Assembly: GCA_008632985.1 (NCBI GenBank)
Contig: QPGO01000006.1
Span: 679,138-743,137 of the forward strand
Source of the DNA: Psammoneis japonica
Lineage: Eukaryota
DNA: 64,000 nucleotides
Reading direction: 5' to 3'
In this document: one piece after another, positions 62,901 through 64,000 of the stretch
Layout of the letters: each line of letters opens with the position of its first letter
Position numbering within the stretch: the stretch's first letter is position 1
Program-made: the position numbers and the translations under genes
Notes under the pieces: generated by a model
The model's database searches: none
What the model was told of the DNA's origin: nothing
What the model saw: only the letters and a program-made list of their open reading frames with translations

Positions 62901-64000
62901 TGTGCAAAAGCGTTGGCCTTGAAAGCACCACTGTCGGCAAGAAATTCTTGGACGATGACACCGTGGTCCAAAGCATGTTTCTCAAACGCTTGCTTCGCTC
63001 GAATCGTCTCAACAGCGGAGAAACCAAGTTGGTGCTCGACCTGGACACATCCAGAGGCATGGTCGACAAAGATGCAACCGCCCTTGAATTGCTTGGATGT
63101 GGCTTTGCCACAGGAGTCGAAGGTTCGGCCCAAAAGGCGCGACTCAAAATGATCAACGCTGACAGCCTGACCCGGTCGAAGATGGTCAGCTCGAAGGGCC
63201 CCGTTGCGTTCAGGGACTGTCGACTTGTGAGTGGATCCAAGGGAGCGTCTGTGACCTTTAGCACACTCACATGCCTCGCATCTTGGGTGGTCACACTTCG
63301 CTGCGGACTTGAAACGGTTCGAAAGGAACGGAACTGCGCGGAGAAGTGCTTGGACGCGACCAAAGTTCAAATGGCCGAAACGGGCGTGCATTTCGATGAG
63401 AAGCTTCTGGCCTGCCGTGAGGTTTTGATTCTCCTCGTCAAGGATCTGTAGATTCACTTGTGGAGTGGCAGATGCGCCCTTGGTCATCAACGCAACAGGT
63501 GAGTGGCTTGATTGATGATGTGGCATGACCAACTTGCCTGTCCCGTCAACATGTAAACGGAAAGTGGTTTCATCGCCCTCACACTTCCCACGCACCCCCT
63601 TCTCTTCGTTGAAGAGGCATTGAGGCGACAGCAGGCGTTGACGGGCTCCAGGGACTGGTGTGCCATGGTGTTCAGTTGGATGGCAGCGCCACTCGGCGTT
63701 GTGAACACCCACGCAACCGGACCGGTGCCCTGGATGGTTAGACCGTTGGCAATCCCATTGATCTGCAAGGGTTTCTTGGGAACAGTCATGGGCCCCGTAA
63801 AATCATCTTTGTCGGGGGCAACAGCCAGCGTGGCACCAGTGTCCATGACGACCGTGAGAGCCTCGTCCAACAGGCCGATGAGTGCCTGCAGATCGGATGC
63901 AAGGAGGTCGGCTTGAGATTGTCCGGTGAGTAGTTGGATGGTGGAGGCATTGTAGACGACGGGTCTAACACTTGCTTCCTCCAACAGTTCCACAGGATCT
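59940..64000 (-). mobile_element. Second Ty1/copia retrotransposon (different lineage), cut by the window end, inactivated
   Basis: VMDTGA (PR), HARFGH...CEAC (IN zinc finger), VSVDHFES (IN), KRLPDG, VVHVDD (RT), SRTG...SKL..ALSTVEAE...ADQFTK (RH). PPT-like gagagggag near 60062-60072. 3' LTR limits not resolved. Confidence 0.93.

Overview
Eukaryotic genomic DNA, most likely from a pennate diatom (inferred from short GT-AG introns, CoDi-type Ty1/copia elements, ShK/prolyl-4-hydroxylase genes and a bipartite plastid-targeted protein). The window alternates between two compartments. (1) Ordinary gene blocks: chitin synthase head-to-head with a polysaccharide deacetylase, a B-box protein, a TPR protein, two P4H paralogs, an SDR, a kinase-like gene, two further 2OG-Fe(II) dioxygenases and 2-oxoglutarate dehydrogenase E1. 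(2) Sharply bounded repeat islands (about 1-2790, 3350-4200, 11100-20800, 42700-47550, 49560-53250, 60050-64000) that are almost free of the dinucleotide TpA. In these islands conserved retrotransposon Tyr residues are systematically Cys or His (RT YVDD reads CVDD in one element and HVDD in another). The two LTRs of one element differ at many sites by TG/CA doublets, and most surviving TpA sites are in YTAR contexts. This points to a repeat-targeted TpA->TpG/CpA (A:T->G:C) hypermutation process, functionally RIP-like but opposite in direction to fungal RIP, acting in addition to ordinary CpG decay. Many host genes carry single-base frameshifts, several in homopolymers, which I read as assembly errors. 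All counts were made by eye and are approximate; no database searches were run.
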